34,675 nucleotides of DNA, from positions 1 through 34,675 of the forward strand of contig MRSU01007661.1 of assembly GCA_008369845.1 (NCBI GenBank), read 5' to 3'. Positions 19,301 through 30,600 of this stretch are shown here, piece by piece. The translations under genes and the position numbers were made by a program. Numbering within the stretch: position 1 is the first letter of the stretch; each line of letters starts with the position of its first letter. The DNA comes from Trichomonas gallinae (Eukaryota). The notes beneath the pieces are model-generated. The model did no database searches. It saw nothing but the letters and a program-made list of their open reading frames with translations, and was not told the origin of the DNA.

Positions 19301-22300
19301 TGATGCATATCTAAGGTCGGACTGAGGGATCAAAACGTGGCCCATAGAAATCAAGCCAAGTCCTCCGAATTCCTTTGGCGCGTAGAACACAACAGGAGGG
19401 AATCTGTTCGGCATCTTTGAGTTCAGTTCGAGTTTGACACGTGTTTGCACTCTGTTTTCTGATTTGACGATTTCGTCGAGCAGTTCTGGTGTTGCTACTA
19501 AAGCTTCTCTGAAATAGACGACTAAAGCTATGATCGCAGTGTTCCACTTGTTCGAAACTTTCTGGAATGTTGTCGCTTGTGAGCTGAGCAAAATTGTCCT
19601 GATTCTGTTCCTGAAGTATGTAATGGCCTTTTGGGAGACTTTCAAGAAGACAAATGCTGTTGTTTCGTGTGTGTGCTCATCCTGCAGTACCCATGTTCCT
19701 TCAGCAGGAGTGAAATCTTCTCTCTCGAGCCTGGATTTCGGCAGTATTCTAACTTCGAAGCCACACATGTAGAAGAGAAGGTTCGGATTGTCTTTAGAAT
19801 AAACGCTGACGAAAGAAGAGTTGAAGCCAGACTCAGGAGCATTCGTTGGATTCCAGTTAACTTCACACAATGTGCGCGGAAGACAGTTTTGAAGATTCCA
19901 GAAGACAGCTCTGCCAAGATTAACATCATGTTTGATCAATCTCATCCTAGCGTCTCTCGGCCAGCATGTTTTGTTATTGTATCCGATGATGTTGTCGTTG
20001 TTTGGATCAGAGTTGACGTCGCAGTAATCTCTGATCAAATCTCTCGCCTGTTCTTCGTTGAATTTGTACAGAATGTGAAGACGTGCGCCATATCTTTGAT
20101 AGAGTCTGATCGGATGCCTGATTTCATCTTCGATGGAAGCGAACTGCAAGAAAGAGTTCGGCATAGATGGCGGACCAGCCATTTCGTTTGCTCTTCTAAG
20201 ACCCAATATCAAAAGATCGACTAGCAAACCCATGTACTGGGCGATGAATGATGTGAACATGAGGCCGTGAATGAGTCCGACACTGTTCAAGAATGACATA
20301 TCTTTGAATGACAGTTTGACGTTGTTTTTTGATGTCATATAATCCGCAAGATTGTGATCGACGACAAGTCTGAGCATGTAGTTTAGGAAAGTGAGGTCAA
20401 TCTGCTCATAGAACTTCTGAAGCTGTGTTTCAACAATAACCATCGTCTGGTTATCGTCTGTATCCCAGGCACCAACCAATCCATTGATTCTTTCGCACCA
20501 TTTGTGAACAAGAAGAGGCGGTGGAATCAAATCAGAAGGCTGCACCCACGGAGGGAAGAGATGCCTCCTGTCTGCCTCGTACCAGAGGTACTGGTCCAAG
20601 TAAGCATCAGTGATTTTCTCGAGGGCGTTGACTTCGTAGTTCGGAATGACGCGAGTGTACTGCTCCAGGAATGCAAATTTGACTTCCCTGAATGCGCGTG
20701 TTGTCATGAAGTCTCTTTTGATTCTGATCAGCGCTTCGTGCGGATTATCATGCGCGTTTTCAATCAAGCCAAGTTCTTCGCGCAGTGTCTGGTTCATTCT
20801 CTGCGAGATATCATGTCCAAACCTGAGATTTTCAAGAGCCAAGATGAGCATCTTTGTGTCGTGTTTGTACTGCATCGGTGGGAATGGAATTGGCGTGAAT
20901 TGGCGCATCTCGAGCCAGTTCTGCATCGTTGTGACCATCGCGACGCCTTGTTCAGGAGTGATGTATGGGCCTTCTTTGAGATAGTTCGATTGATAATCAG
21001 ATTGCTGCTTGAAGTAAAGCCTTGTGAGTCTTCCTGTGTTCTTTCTCATGAGCGCTTTGTCGACTGTTCCATCTCTGTTGATTCTTTCGCGCGCGTAGTG
21101 AGTGTTCTTAACCCACCAGTCGGCCTTCGATTTGACGTATCTCAAGATGATCGCTTCGAGAGGAGGAGGAAGTCCAGGGACTTTCCACGGAATGTTCGCC
21201 TTCCAGCACCTCCACGCTTCGCTCATGTGCGCAAGAACTGTGTGCGCTTTGCTGTTCCTGATGCCCTCTGGCATGACGTCGTTGATATCGTGCAAGACAG
21301 CGGCTCTCAGCTCGATGTCGTAATTTGACTCGACTCTCTGCTTCGTGACTGTGCTTGGCAATCTCTTTGAGAATCTTCCTTCGTATTCTCTCGCGACTCT
21401 GCTGCCGAGCCACCTCTCCATCAGAGGGACACTGCCGCGCATGAAGAAGACCCAGACACGCCACATCGGTCCCCAGAATCCGACACCTGGGCCTTTTCCG
21501 ACTTCGCCAGCGTTGAATCTCGAATAGATGACGTGCTTTAAGTCTTTGCATGTTCTCACCTGGTGCATGAGCTTGTATTTGTACCTGTACATGCCAGTGA
21601 GATGGCCAGCGTGCGTGAATGTGTACTGGAGAGCATCAGCTAAAACGTAGGCATCGATCTGGCCAAGTCTGTATTGAACATGGCAGTCCAACAATAGTTT
21701 CGTGAATCTGAAGAACTCTCTCATCAAGTGGTACGCGTTACCGAATCTGCTGCGCCTTCTCTCTTTCGTGTTCAATGTCTTGATTGGCTTGAGATTGAAG
21801 TTGTAGTCGAGATGCAAGAAATGAAGTCTGTGACGCTTGATCAACAAGTTGCACATATTGAATCCTTGCTGGACGACTTGCAGACCTGCTTCAACCCAAT
21901 CGAGAGTCGTTGATTGGAAATAAGGAGTAGTTTTGAGGAGCTTGAAGATCGATTTCTTTCTGCGGAGCACGTATTGCTTCCTGTGGCGAGCTTTGTTTAA
22001 GACATAGTTCTTGAGAAGCTTCTGGTAAGAAACTCTGACTTTGACTGGCTGTTTCCATGGAGCCCTTTGTGTGTACCATGGGCGTATGAGCGGAACATCT
22101 TGCGCGCGCTGTGTGTTGCCTGTACGACAGTTGAATGGCGCTGGAGCCCAGAAAAGAGATAATGTATCGTAAATCTTATATTGCTTTTCTTCATCATCGT
22201 GGTCAATCTCGTGGAAAAGTGGATCACAGTTGACAGTGAATGGTTGCAAATCTTCTTCTGGAACTGGTTCTGTTTCGCGCGTTTGAGGTCTTGTGATTGA

Positions 22301-23302
22301 ATTGATATTTGGCGCAATTTGGAAAACTGGAGTAATAATCGTATTGAATTTCGCGAAGCATGACATAGGATAATGATATGGAGCGATAGATATCTTTCTT
22401 GGACGATTATTGTATAAATTTGGATATGCAATTTTCCATTCTGTGCTTACTGGAGTTCTGATGATGATTTTGTTGATGTCATTGAATTCAGTCCATTCTT
22501 GATTTGGATCCATATCTGTAAATAAAGGCTCAAATCTCGGACCACCAGGAATAACTTCATTTAAGGCTTTTGAAGTGAGCAAAGCTGGCAAATCCATGAG
22601 ATATTTCGTATTTGGATCTTGAAATGGATCAACGAGTGGCCTGGCTAATCTGTATAATGTTGACATCACAGTTAATGGTAATTTCCATTTTTTGTAGGAT
22701 AAACCGTTGATATACTTAAGTGGTATACCGAGATGGTCATAGAACCATTCTATGACCGGAGCATCTTCGTCCTCGTCGAGTTCCATTAAAATTGCTTCTG
22801 GAGGTTCCAATCCTTCGATATTTGTGACGAAATCAAGTGGTTGCTGTTCATCATCGAATGGTGGAAATCGTAAGCGTCTTATTTGATTTCTATCTCTTTT
22901 TTCTCGTCTCATCGCAATCCAAGTTTCAGCCCATTGTGCAATATACTGTGGCGGAACAACTCTTGGCACTTCATTGATGAATGTCAAAGCGCCAGCAGTA
23001 TGGTATAGCACACGAACTTTTCGTAATTCTTCCCATGGCATCGGCATATTCTCAAGTAATTTCAAAACTGCGTGCGGAGCGTACTTCAGTGCACCGATAT
23101 ATAAGCGTTTTTGGCCTGCAAATTTATCGTGAGACATATTTCCGTGAGCAGCCATAATTTGTCGAATATGTCCAGGAGGAAGCTCTTTCAGCTGGCCAAC
23201 TTTAGAAGTAGACTTGCTCTTGTCCAGCTTGAAATGCTTCTTGCGAAGGCGGTGCCATTGGGCAATGCGTTCTTGCATTCCAATGACTCCTTCCTCCTGC
23301 AT
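16337..23302 (-). CDS. PRP8: Pre-mRNA splicing factor Prp8 (U5 snRNP)
   Basis: 2321 aa with hallmark motifs [115 protein letters not shown] and a C-terminal Jab1/MPN region. Inr TCATT at 23326-23330. Confidence 0.99.
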   Translation of the reverse strand: [2321 protein letters not shown]

Positions 23303-23786
23303 TTATAATTTTTTTCTCGTCAAAAAATGAACTGAAAAAAAAATCGATTTCGTTTTTAATATTTGGATATTTAAGCTTATTTTATATCTAATTTTCATCA
23401 AAAAATAATAATATAAAATTTTTCGCCCCAAACTTTGCTATTATACTTAATACTCAAATACAGTTTTAAATATGAAAGTTTTAGGTGATTTGGTCATTTT
23501 AATTTCAAAGTCGCATTTTTTCAATGCTAATCAGAATATTACAAAAATATTTTAATTTTTTATAATATTTTTCTTTTTTGAGAAATTAAATACGAAATTG
23601 GCCAAAATGGAATCGATAGAATATCTATATTTTATATATTTATTCATAATATGCAAGAAAAGAGCATAGTTGCACTAAGAATGAAAGAAATATAAATATT
23701 TTGAGTTCGAAATCAAGATTTCTTATTTCCTTTTTTGATATTTAATCGTAGTTAAAAACCAGTTTTGATCAAAAAATTAGAAAAAA

Positions 23787-25289
23787 ATGAAGAATGTTAC
23801 CATTACTCATCTTTTTCTAAAAGGACCAATGCTTTCTCCAGTGTTTTCCACGAATAATTGCATGAAAATAAAGCATTCCTTGTTCTCTCAGCTCTCGAAG
23901 CCTGTTTTTTTTGGTGTGAAAAATTTGGATACCTACAAAACTTCATTTACGAAATCCTTAGCCCCTATATACGTATCAAGTGAATATAATAGACAATATT
24001 TCACCGGAAAAATAACTACAGCACCCGATATAAAATATGAATCCAATGAAATTATCTTCGATAATTGCATTTTTCAAATTACTGGCACTGACTCAGCATT
24101 AAGCGGTTCTTTCAATGGAAATCTAGTATTTTCATGCTGTACATTCAATCTTGAAACTCCAACAACATTGATTGAGATCGCGGCTGGTTCAATTGTAGTG
24201 TCAGGCTGCTTTATAAGGACTCCAAACACTAATTCAATACTTGCACCACCATCTGGAACTTTAACTTTGCAAAATAATTTGATTAAAGAATCAACAGGAT
24301 ACATAGTATCCAAGGGTGCTTATAGTTATAACCCAGAACTCCGAATTACAATGACATCGAACAACTTTACATCTTCGAAACTCAAAATTAAATCAAATGA
24401 TATGAGCAGTAACGTGATATTTAAATTAAATGCATATTATAACGGTCAAAATCAAGTATTTTGCGACTATTATTCAGGAATAACAATTTCTTATTGCAAT
24501 TTCATTAAAAATTCTGCGGATTTATTCAGTTTAACGTCAAATTACATGGTAACAAACTGTGTTTTCGCTGAGAATACTGGTTTGATAGCAACAAGTCTTC
24601 AATCACCGTTTGGTTACCAATATACTCTAAGTTTAATAGGTTGTACTGTGGATAAAACAAAAGAGAACTGTGGCGCAGTAGCAGGATCATCGAATCAGTT
24701 CGGAATTTCAGCTCCATCACCAAATACATTTAAATATGCAAATGAAGATCCAAAATGTCCAACATATTCACCAACACCAGATAAATCACCCGAAGAAACA
24801 CCAATGCAAACACCAGCCAAATCTCCAGATCCAACAACTCCACCTCAGACAGATAATATCCCACCAAGAACTCCAGAACCATCTCCACTACCTCCAACAA
24901 CACCACCGGAATCGCCTGTGCCCTCAAGATCACCTGTTCCAACGCACTCTCCAAAACCTACAGTCAATGCTTACGGATTGACAATTTTATTGGTACCTTT
25001 ATTCTTGTTCATTATTATCATCCCGCTTTTGGTTTTAGTCATGATAAGACTCGTCAGAGAAATGAGCAGCAACGACGCTGCCATGAAGAACAGCTATCAG
25101 AGGTTCTTCTCGGACGAAGGATCGAGCAGCAGCGACAGACCAGATCCCTTGGATCTCAGAAAAAGCAGTAGTGGCGATGATGGAGATTTGGACGTGTTCA
25201 CGATCTCCCCTAAGAACAGGGAAAGATTTATGCCTAAGAAATCAAACAATCAGACGAAAGATGAGCTTATTTATGGGTTCATGAATTAA
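23787..25289 (+). CDS. Type-I membrane/surface protein: beta-helix-like ectodomain, Pro/Thr/Ser stalk, single TM, cytosolic tail
   Basis: Repeated short strands (FDNCIF, FSCCTF, VSGCFI, ISYCNF, VTNCVFAEN); stalk PTYSPTPDKSP...THSPKPT; TM LTILLVPLFLFIIIIPLLVLVMI; acidic/Ser tail. The beta-helix call is inference. Confidence 0.75.
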   Translation: MKNVTITHLFLKGPMLSPVFSTNNCMKIKHSLFSQLSKPVFFGVKNLDTYKTSFTKSLAPIYVSSEYNRQYFTGKITTAPDIKYESNEIIFDNCIFQITGTDSALSGSFNGNLVFSCCTFNLETPTTLIEIAAGSIVVSGCFIRTPNTNSILAPPSGTLTLQNNLIKESTGYIVSKGAYSYNPELRITMTSNNFTSSKLKIKSNDMSSNVIFKLNAYYNGQNQVFCDYYSGITISYCNFIKNSADLFSLTSNYMVTNCVFAENTGLIATSLQSPFGYQYTLSLIGCTVDKTKENCGAVAGSSNQFGISAPSPNTFKYANEDPKCPTYSPTPDKSPEETPMQTPAKSPDPTTPPQTDNIPPRTPEPSPLPPTTPPESPVPSRSPVPTHSPKPTVNAYGLTILLVPLFLFIIIIPLLVLVMIRLVREMSSNDAAMKNSYQRFFSDEGSSSSDRPDPLDLRKSSSGDDGDLDVFTISPKNRERFMPKKSNNQTKDELIYGFMN

Positions 25290-25770
25290 TTCCTTTGTTT
25301 TTAATTTATATGTTTTATTATATAAAATGATGTGCTTTTAGTGTATATGTACTAATTTAGTCTTAAAATTATTAAATTAGAAAAAAAATAATTTTGCCAA
25401 ATTTTTGAATCATTTTATATTGATTATATAGGATCACAAACACTGGTTAAAATTAAAAGCTTTTCGGAAATTTAAAAAAAAATTATTTTAATTTTTGAAT
25501 ATTTTTGAGCCATTATAGTAGGAAAAGTGAAATGCATATAATGCAAATATTGAATACGATTTGTTCGTTAATAAAATAGTTGCCATGTAAAACAAAAATT
25601 AACAGCTTTTGTAAATTATAACCATTTTCTTTGAATTTAGAATAAAATAGAAATGTATTATATATAAATCAATTATTTAATATTATTTTATTTTTGACAA
25701 AAATTTTTACATCTGACAGTCTCATTTACAAAAATTTTTACGTGACACGTAACCATATAAAATTTTGTAA

Positions 25771-27060
25771 ATGAGTACATTAGATTCTGAAATCGAAGAC
25801 CTGAGGCAAAGAATATGCGCGTTGAACGTAATGCTTGGAAATATCCCTGCCATGAAACAGGAACCAACTGAAAACTATCAAAAATACGATTCACCGAAAT
25901 TAGATGAGAAGAAAAAGCCAAAAGAGACACCAAAAGAACGCGCTCTTCCAGACAAAGACATTTTCAATAACAAAACGAGCAGTTTATTTGCAATTCTTAA
26001 GGACTCGCCAAATTACGAATCAAACATTTCGAAAAACAAAGAAAAAGATACGCCTAAGTCAATAGGAACTGAAGTAGGGCTCGATTTCTCAAGTGTTTCT
26101 CCATATACTCCTTTCCGCAAAACCTCTACTCGTGAAATTAAGCAAACTGGACCCCAAAACAATGCTAATAACGATAACATGCAAATGGATAGTGACAGCG
26201 ATGATCTAGTTTTCATATTAAACAGTCCAACGAATACAAATAATAACTCACGCAATAATCAAAAGAATAAGCCAAATTCAAGGTTCTGGTTTGATTCAGA
26301 TTCAGATGAAGAAATAAATATTGATAAAATCAGACAAAAAGTACAGCAGCGTCGTAATCAATTTCTGAAAGATTACCAAAAGAAGCAAATTGACGAACAA
26401 AAACCACAAAATATCGAAAAGAATGATGGAGAATATACATTCCAGATATTACAGCCTTTGAAAACCGGCAGAGATATTGATTTGGAATATCATTCGCTGT
26501 TTTCACGCTCTCCAGCTGCTACACCAAGGGATGTGCCAACAGAATCAGATTATGGCGAAGAAGAAGATTTAGATCCGGTATATTATGCAGATCCAGTTCA
26601 AGATTTAGATATTGACTTAGAAAGCTCAGAATCTGAGCCAAGATACAAATTCAAGGAAGAAAGTCCTGATCCAATGTTCTTCATATCAGAAGATGACGCA
26701 GAAAGCGATGATTTGCCAAAATGTCCAACGCAGCAAAGCGACGATGATTACGTTAACGCGGCTCTTAACAAAATACAGAGCCACGTCACTCATATTCTCG
26801 AAGAAGAAGAGGAGGAAAAAGATCCAACAAAAATGGAAAATGAAGACAATTTCGAAGAAGAAATTGCCGAACAAGAAGCTCCTCAGCTGCATGCTGAAGG
26901 TGTTAAACAAGAGGAGGAAGAAGAAAATGAAGAAATTAAGTCACTTCCGATTGAGCAGATTCATCCTGAAGAAGAAGAAATTGAATTGGAAAAAGATGTT
27001 GTCGTCAAAATGAAGGAGAACTCACAACCATTCAATCTCTCAGGTGAACTCCTAATATAG
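25771..27060 (+). CDS. Hypothetical acidic, largely disordered protein with a short N-terminal coiled coil
   Basis: 429-aa ATG ORF; LDSEIEDLRQRICALN helix, then D/E/S-rich low complexity. Confidence 0.75.
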   Translation: MSTLDSEIEDLRQRICALNVMLGNIPAMKQEPTENYQKYDSPKLDEKKKPKETPKERALPDKDIFNNKTSSLFAILKDSPNYESNISKNKEKDTPKSIGTEVGLDFSSVSPYTPFRKTSTREIKQTGPQNNANNDNMQMDSDSDDLVFILNSPTNTNNNSRNNQKNKPNSRFWFDSDSDEEINIDKIRQKVQQRRNQFLKDYQKKQIDEQKPQNIEKNDGEYTFQILQPLKTGRDIDLEYHSLFSRSPAATPRDVPTESDYGEEEDLDPVYYADPVQDLDIDLESSESEPRYKFKEESPDPMFFISEDDAESDDLPKCPTQQSDDDYVNAALNKIQSHVTHILEEEEEEKDPTKMENEDNFEEEIAEQEAPQLHAEGVKQEEEEENEEIKSLPIEQIHPEEEEIELEKDVVVKMKENSQPFNLSGELLI

Positions 27061-27626
27061 AACATTCCATGATTTTTGATTTTGTTAAATTATTTACTTT
27101 CTTAGATTAGCGCAATATTTAATCTACATTCATTATAACTATATCAAATATTATCTTATATTCATTCAACAATCATCAAACTCTTTGAAATGGGCAAAAT
27201 ATTTCTTAATCATGAATTAAACATGAATTCACCGAAATTAATTTTAGTTTTACCTTAATTATACGCATAAATAACACAATGAATCTATTAAATCATAACT
27301 TTATCGCTCAAAATAGGATGTAAAATTAAATCACGATTTGCAGCCAAAATTATTTCATTCATATGCATATATCGAGCTATATGTCTTATATTTAGTTCTT
27401 ATTTTGCCATATCAAAAAAATATTTAAATTTTGTTATTTTTTAAAGTTGTTGGAACTTATGACATAATCTTCTCAAATAAATGTGGTGCAAACATAGTTT
27501 TTCATGTTTGAGCTATAAATCGAAATATTTTATCACAAAAGACATGCTTATAGGGGTTTTACAATATATAATATAATTAAAAAAGCTTGCATTTAATAAA
27601 TTCATAAACAAAACAGAAATTTATTA

Positions 27627-30600
27627 TTAAACAAAAGTATAATATGAAGATAAAACCGGCGAAACGTAAGCCGGGTATCCTATAGGAAGATTGCACGCCT
27701 GGTTGACTAGGTTGTGCAGGCTGGAGTTGTTGTACTGTATAGACCCTCTTTCTGTGCTCTGCACGTTGAAGAAAATTTGCTCGTGAGCTTGAGAAGCCCA
27801 CAGGGATCTAACCGTGTGTTTGTTCAGTCTGAAGACCTGCCAGTTGGTGTTGCCTTGGTTGAAGAACAAAAGCATTCGTGTTCCTCCGCAGACTTCTAAT
27901 GAAACGAGACTTTTCTGTGATCTTGTAAATTCTTGCGCGAATTCTGGACTAGAAGCAGGGGCAACAAGATTTGAATCTTCGTATAATTGAAAATGTAGTA
28001 CAGTGTCGCCTTCATCACTTAAATCTGGCGGACCAATTAAAGAATATTGCTCAAGGACCATTGAAAGTATGAATAAACGGGCGGCTGGTGTGACAATATT
28101 AGTCAGAACTCGATCGTTGTTAGAGAGCCATGACATTTCGTCGTCAATCATTAAATTATTATGAAAAGCGTTGAAAATTCGTTGACATAATACATCATAT
28201 GTGCTCTCATTGTTAGTTAATGCTGTCGTTACATCATTTTTCAGCGTCATTACTTGTTTTATCAATTCTTCTGATAATTCGATTTCTAAAGCTTCTGCGA
28301 ATGCTGCTATAACGTCCTGGTCTTCGTCAGTGTATGTAACATTCAAATTTGTTGGAACAGTCAATAAAGATTCCATGTGTTTCAACGCAGAAAAAATTAT
28401 TGAATATCTCAGCCATAATTCAATTGTTTCGATTGACGATGTATTGAAAACTGTTGGAAGCTCAATAGTAAAGACTTGGTATTGATCTAAACTGAAATTA
28501 TCTGTGATTAAATTCCAATTAACTAAAAGATGCTCTAAAGATGTCGGAAAAACAATCCATTCATTTGCAGCAGTGCTGAGATCGTTCAAAGCACGGTTTT
28601 CGTGGTCGTGGCAGTAGGTAGACTGCGCAAATTCTAATCCACGAATTTGGAATTGCACGCAATTCGGTCTTAAGCTTACTATATGCAATATAATATCCAT
28701 GCTGCCCGAAACTAACAGGAAGAAATCGTTTTCATCAACTGCGCCGAATTCTCCGGAATAAATATGTTTGGCTAAAACGGATAAAAGCGATCTGACCGCA
28801 CTGAGATAAACTGTGGCTTCTCGAGGATGGTCTGTCGCGTGAGAAGAAATCGTTTTCATTACATCCAAATTTCTTTTTGGGTTTAAATCCCAGAAAACAT
28901 TTGGTCTCGGGGACAACGGGAGGGTTATATCATGAAACAGCAACTCAGATTCTGTGCAAAGGAATAAACGAGGAGCTCCAGTTAATAATGACCAAATAAA
29001 AGAAACAAAAGAAATTTCTCTGTCTATGAAAGGTATCAAAGCGAGGGGAACAGACAGGAAGATATTTAAACCGAAAGGAAAGTCAGTATCTACAAATAAT
29101 CCACTCATTCTTCCAAAAACAAATTCTTTGGCGATATCGATCGAATGCATGATTTTTCTTCCGACAACATATGCAACTATGAACGCCGGAACCAGTTTTT
29201 CCCATTTTCTTTCATAAACAAAATGAACGAAAAGAAGAAGCGAGAAAGAATAGATAGAAGTACTACCGATGCATGAATTAAGAACAATGATAACGAAAAA
29301 GCTGAACAGCCATGAAGGAATCGATTCATGCTTCACGCAATAACTAATAAAAGCAGCTCCGAAGAACACTCTGACGATAACGAAAAAGAACTCGCCGTGG
29401 AGGAAAGATATGCGAATGAGCCTTAATAATAAGAACAAATATTGCGTATATGTCGTTAAAAACGGAAGCAATAAATCAAAAACTACTGGAATGACAATTA
29501 AAGAAATTAGATATCCTTGTGATGATGACACAAATATGGATGCAATTGCTACGCACCCAGTAAGAATAATAAGCTGGATTATATAAATCCATAATTTTCT
29601 CAACGAAATTGGAGAAAGAGGAATATTGAGAATAATCCATGATACTATAATAATAACTTCATCATGGTATTTGAAGTCTGTTTTCGCGTCCATAAAATAA
29701 CAAAAAATATATGAAATTGAACAACGAATTAGCTGAGCAAAAGAGTCGACTAAGCCCGCAACACCGCAAGATCCGAAACAATATCTGTTAACTGCTTCAA
29801 TAAACCAAACAATCGTTGTATCTATCGAAGCAACAACGAAAAGGATCCATAATGGTAACAAAAATATCGCGAATTTCCATATTCTGATACCATGTGGAGC
29901 AATAACAGCCCAATCTATGTAAATTCCAAAATCTTCAAGATCCAGCGGTTTTAGCCATTTCGGCATGTGTTCGAACAGCAGGATGAAGCTGCACGAAATG
30001 ATCATAACGAATGGCCTTGTCATTCCATTTACGAATTCTTCGTGATTTAAAGAATAAGGTTCTTCTTCAGGTGGCTGCAAAACCGAATATATTGATGCCC
30101 CTGATACGATGATGTACCACCAATACTGGTAGTTTGGGAATTGATGCGCTGCGAAGGCAACTAGGTACAATTGGAAAAAAATCAAACATGATGTAATGAT
30201 AATATATAAAAAACTTTTTGGAAATGGGAATACTGTAGATATCTGTTCACGATTGAATGGTATTTCTTTGATAGATCCGCATAATCGAATATAACTTTTT
30301 GTTTTTTGATTATTTTTGCTTGATTCTTGCTTTTTTGCAGGTACTGTCTGTGTTGACATAATTTCGGCTAATTTAAAAACTTCTTCTATAGGAAATCCTA
30401 ATTGAATTAAATCAAGAGCTGAATCCCCTGCCCTTTGTTCATCGAATGAATATGAATTGCGTAGTTGCCATAGAGCGCTGCTAATTCCTTCTGGAGGTTC
30501 TAAATCAGAAATGCTTTCTTCCGAGTCAGATGTTAATTCGAATGAATTATCTATGAGTCTGTTTAAAATAGTTAATGTAATCGTAATAATAGCTACAATG

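Noticed and set aside
4365..23302. Functional cluster of gene-expression genes (LENG8, TFIIE-beta, PRP8)
   Set aside because: They are interspersed with unrelated genes on both strands; there is no evidence beyond chance.
16406..23308. Many 60-274 aa overlapping or antisense ORFs within PRP8
   Set aside because: Expected from codon bias in a long GC-richer gene; no recognisable domains.
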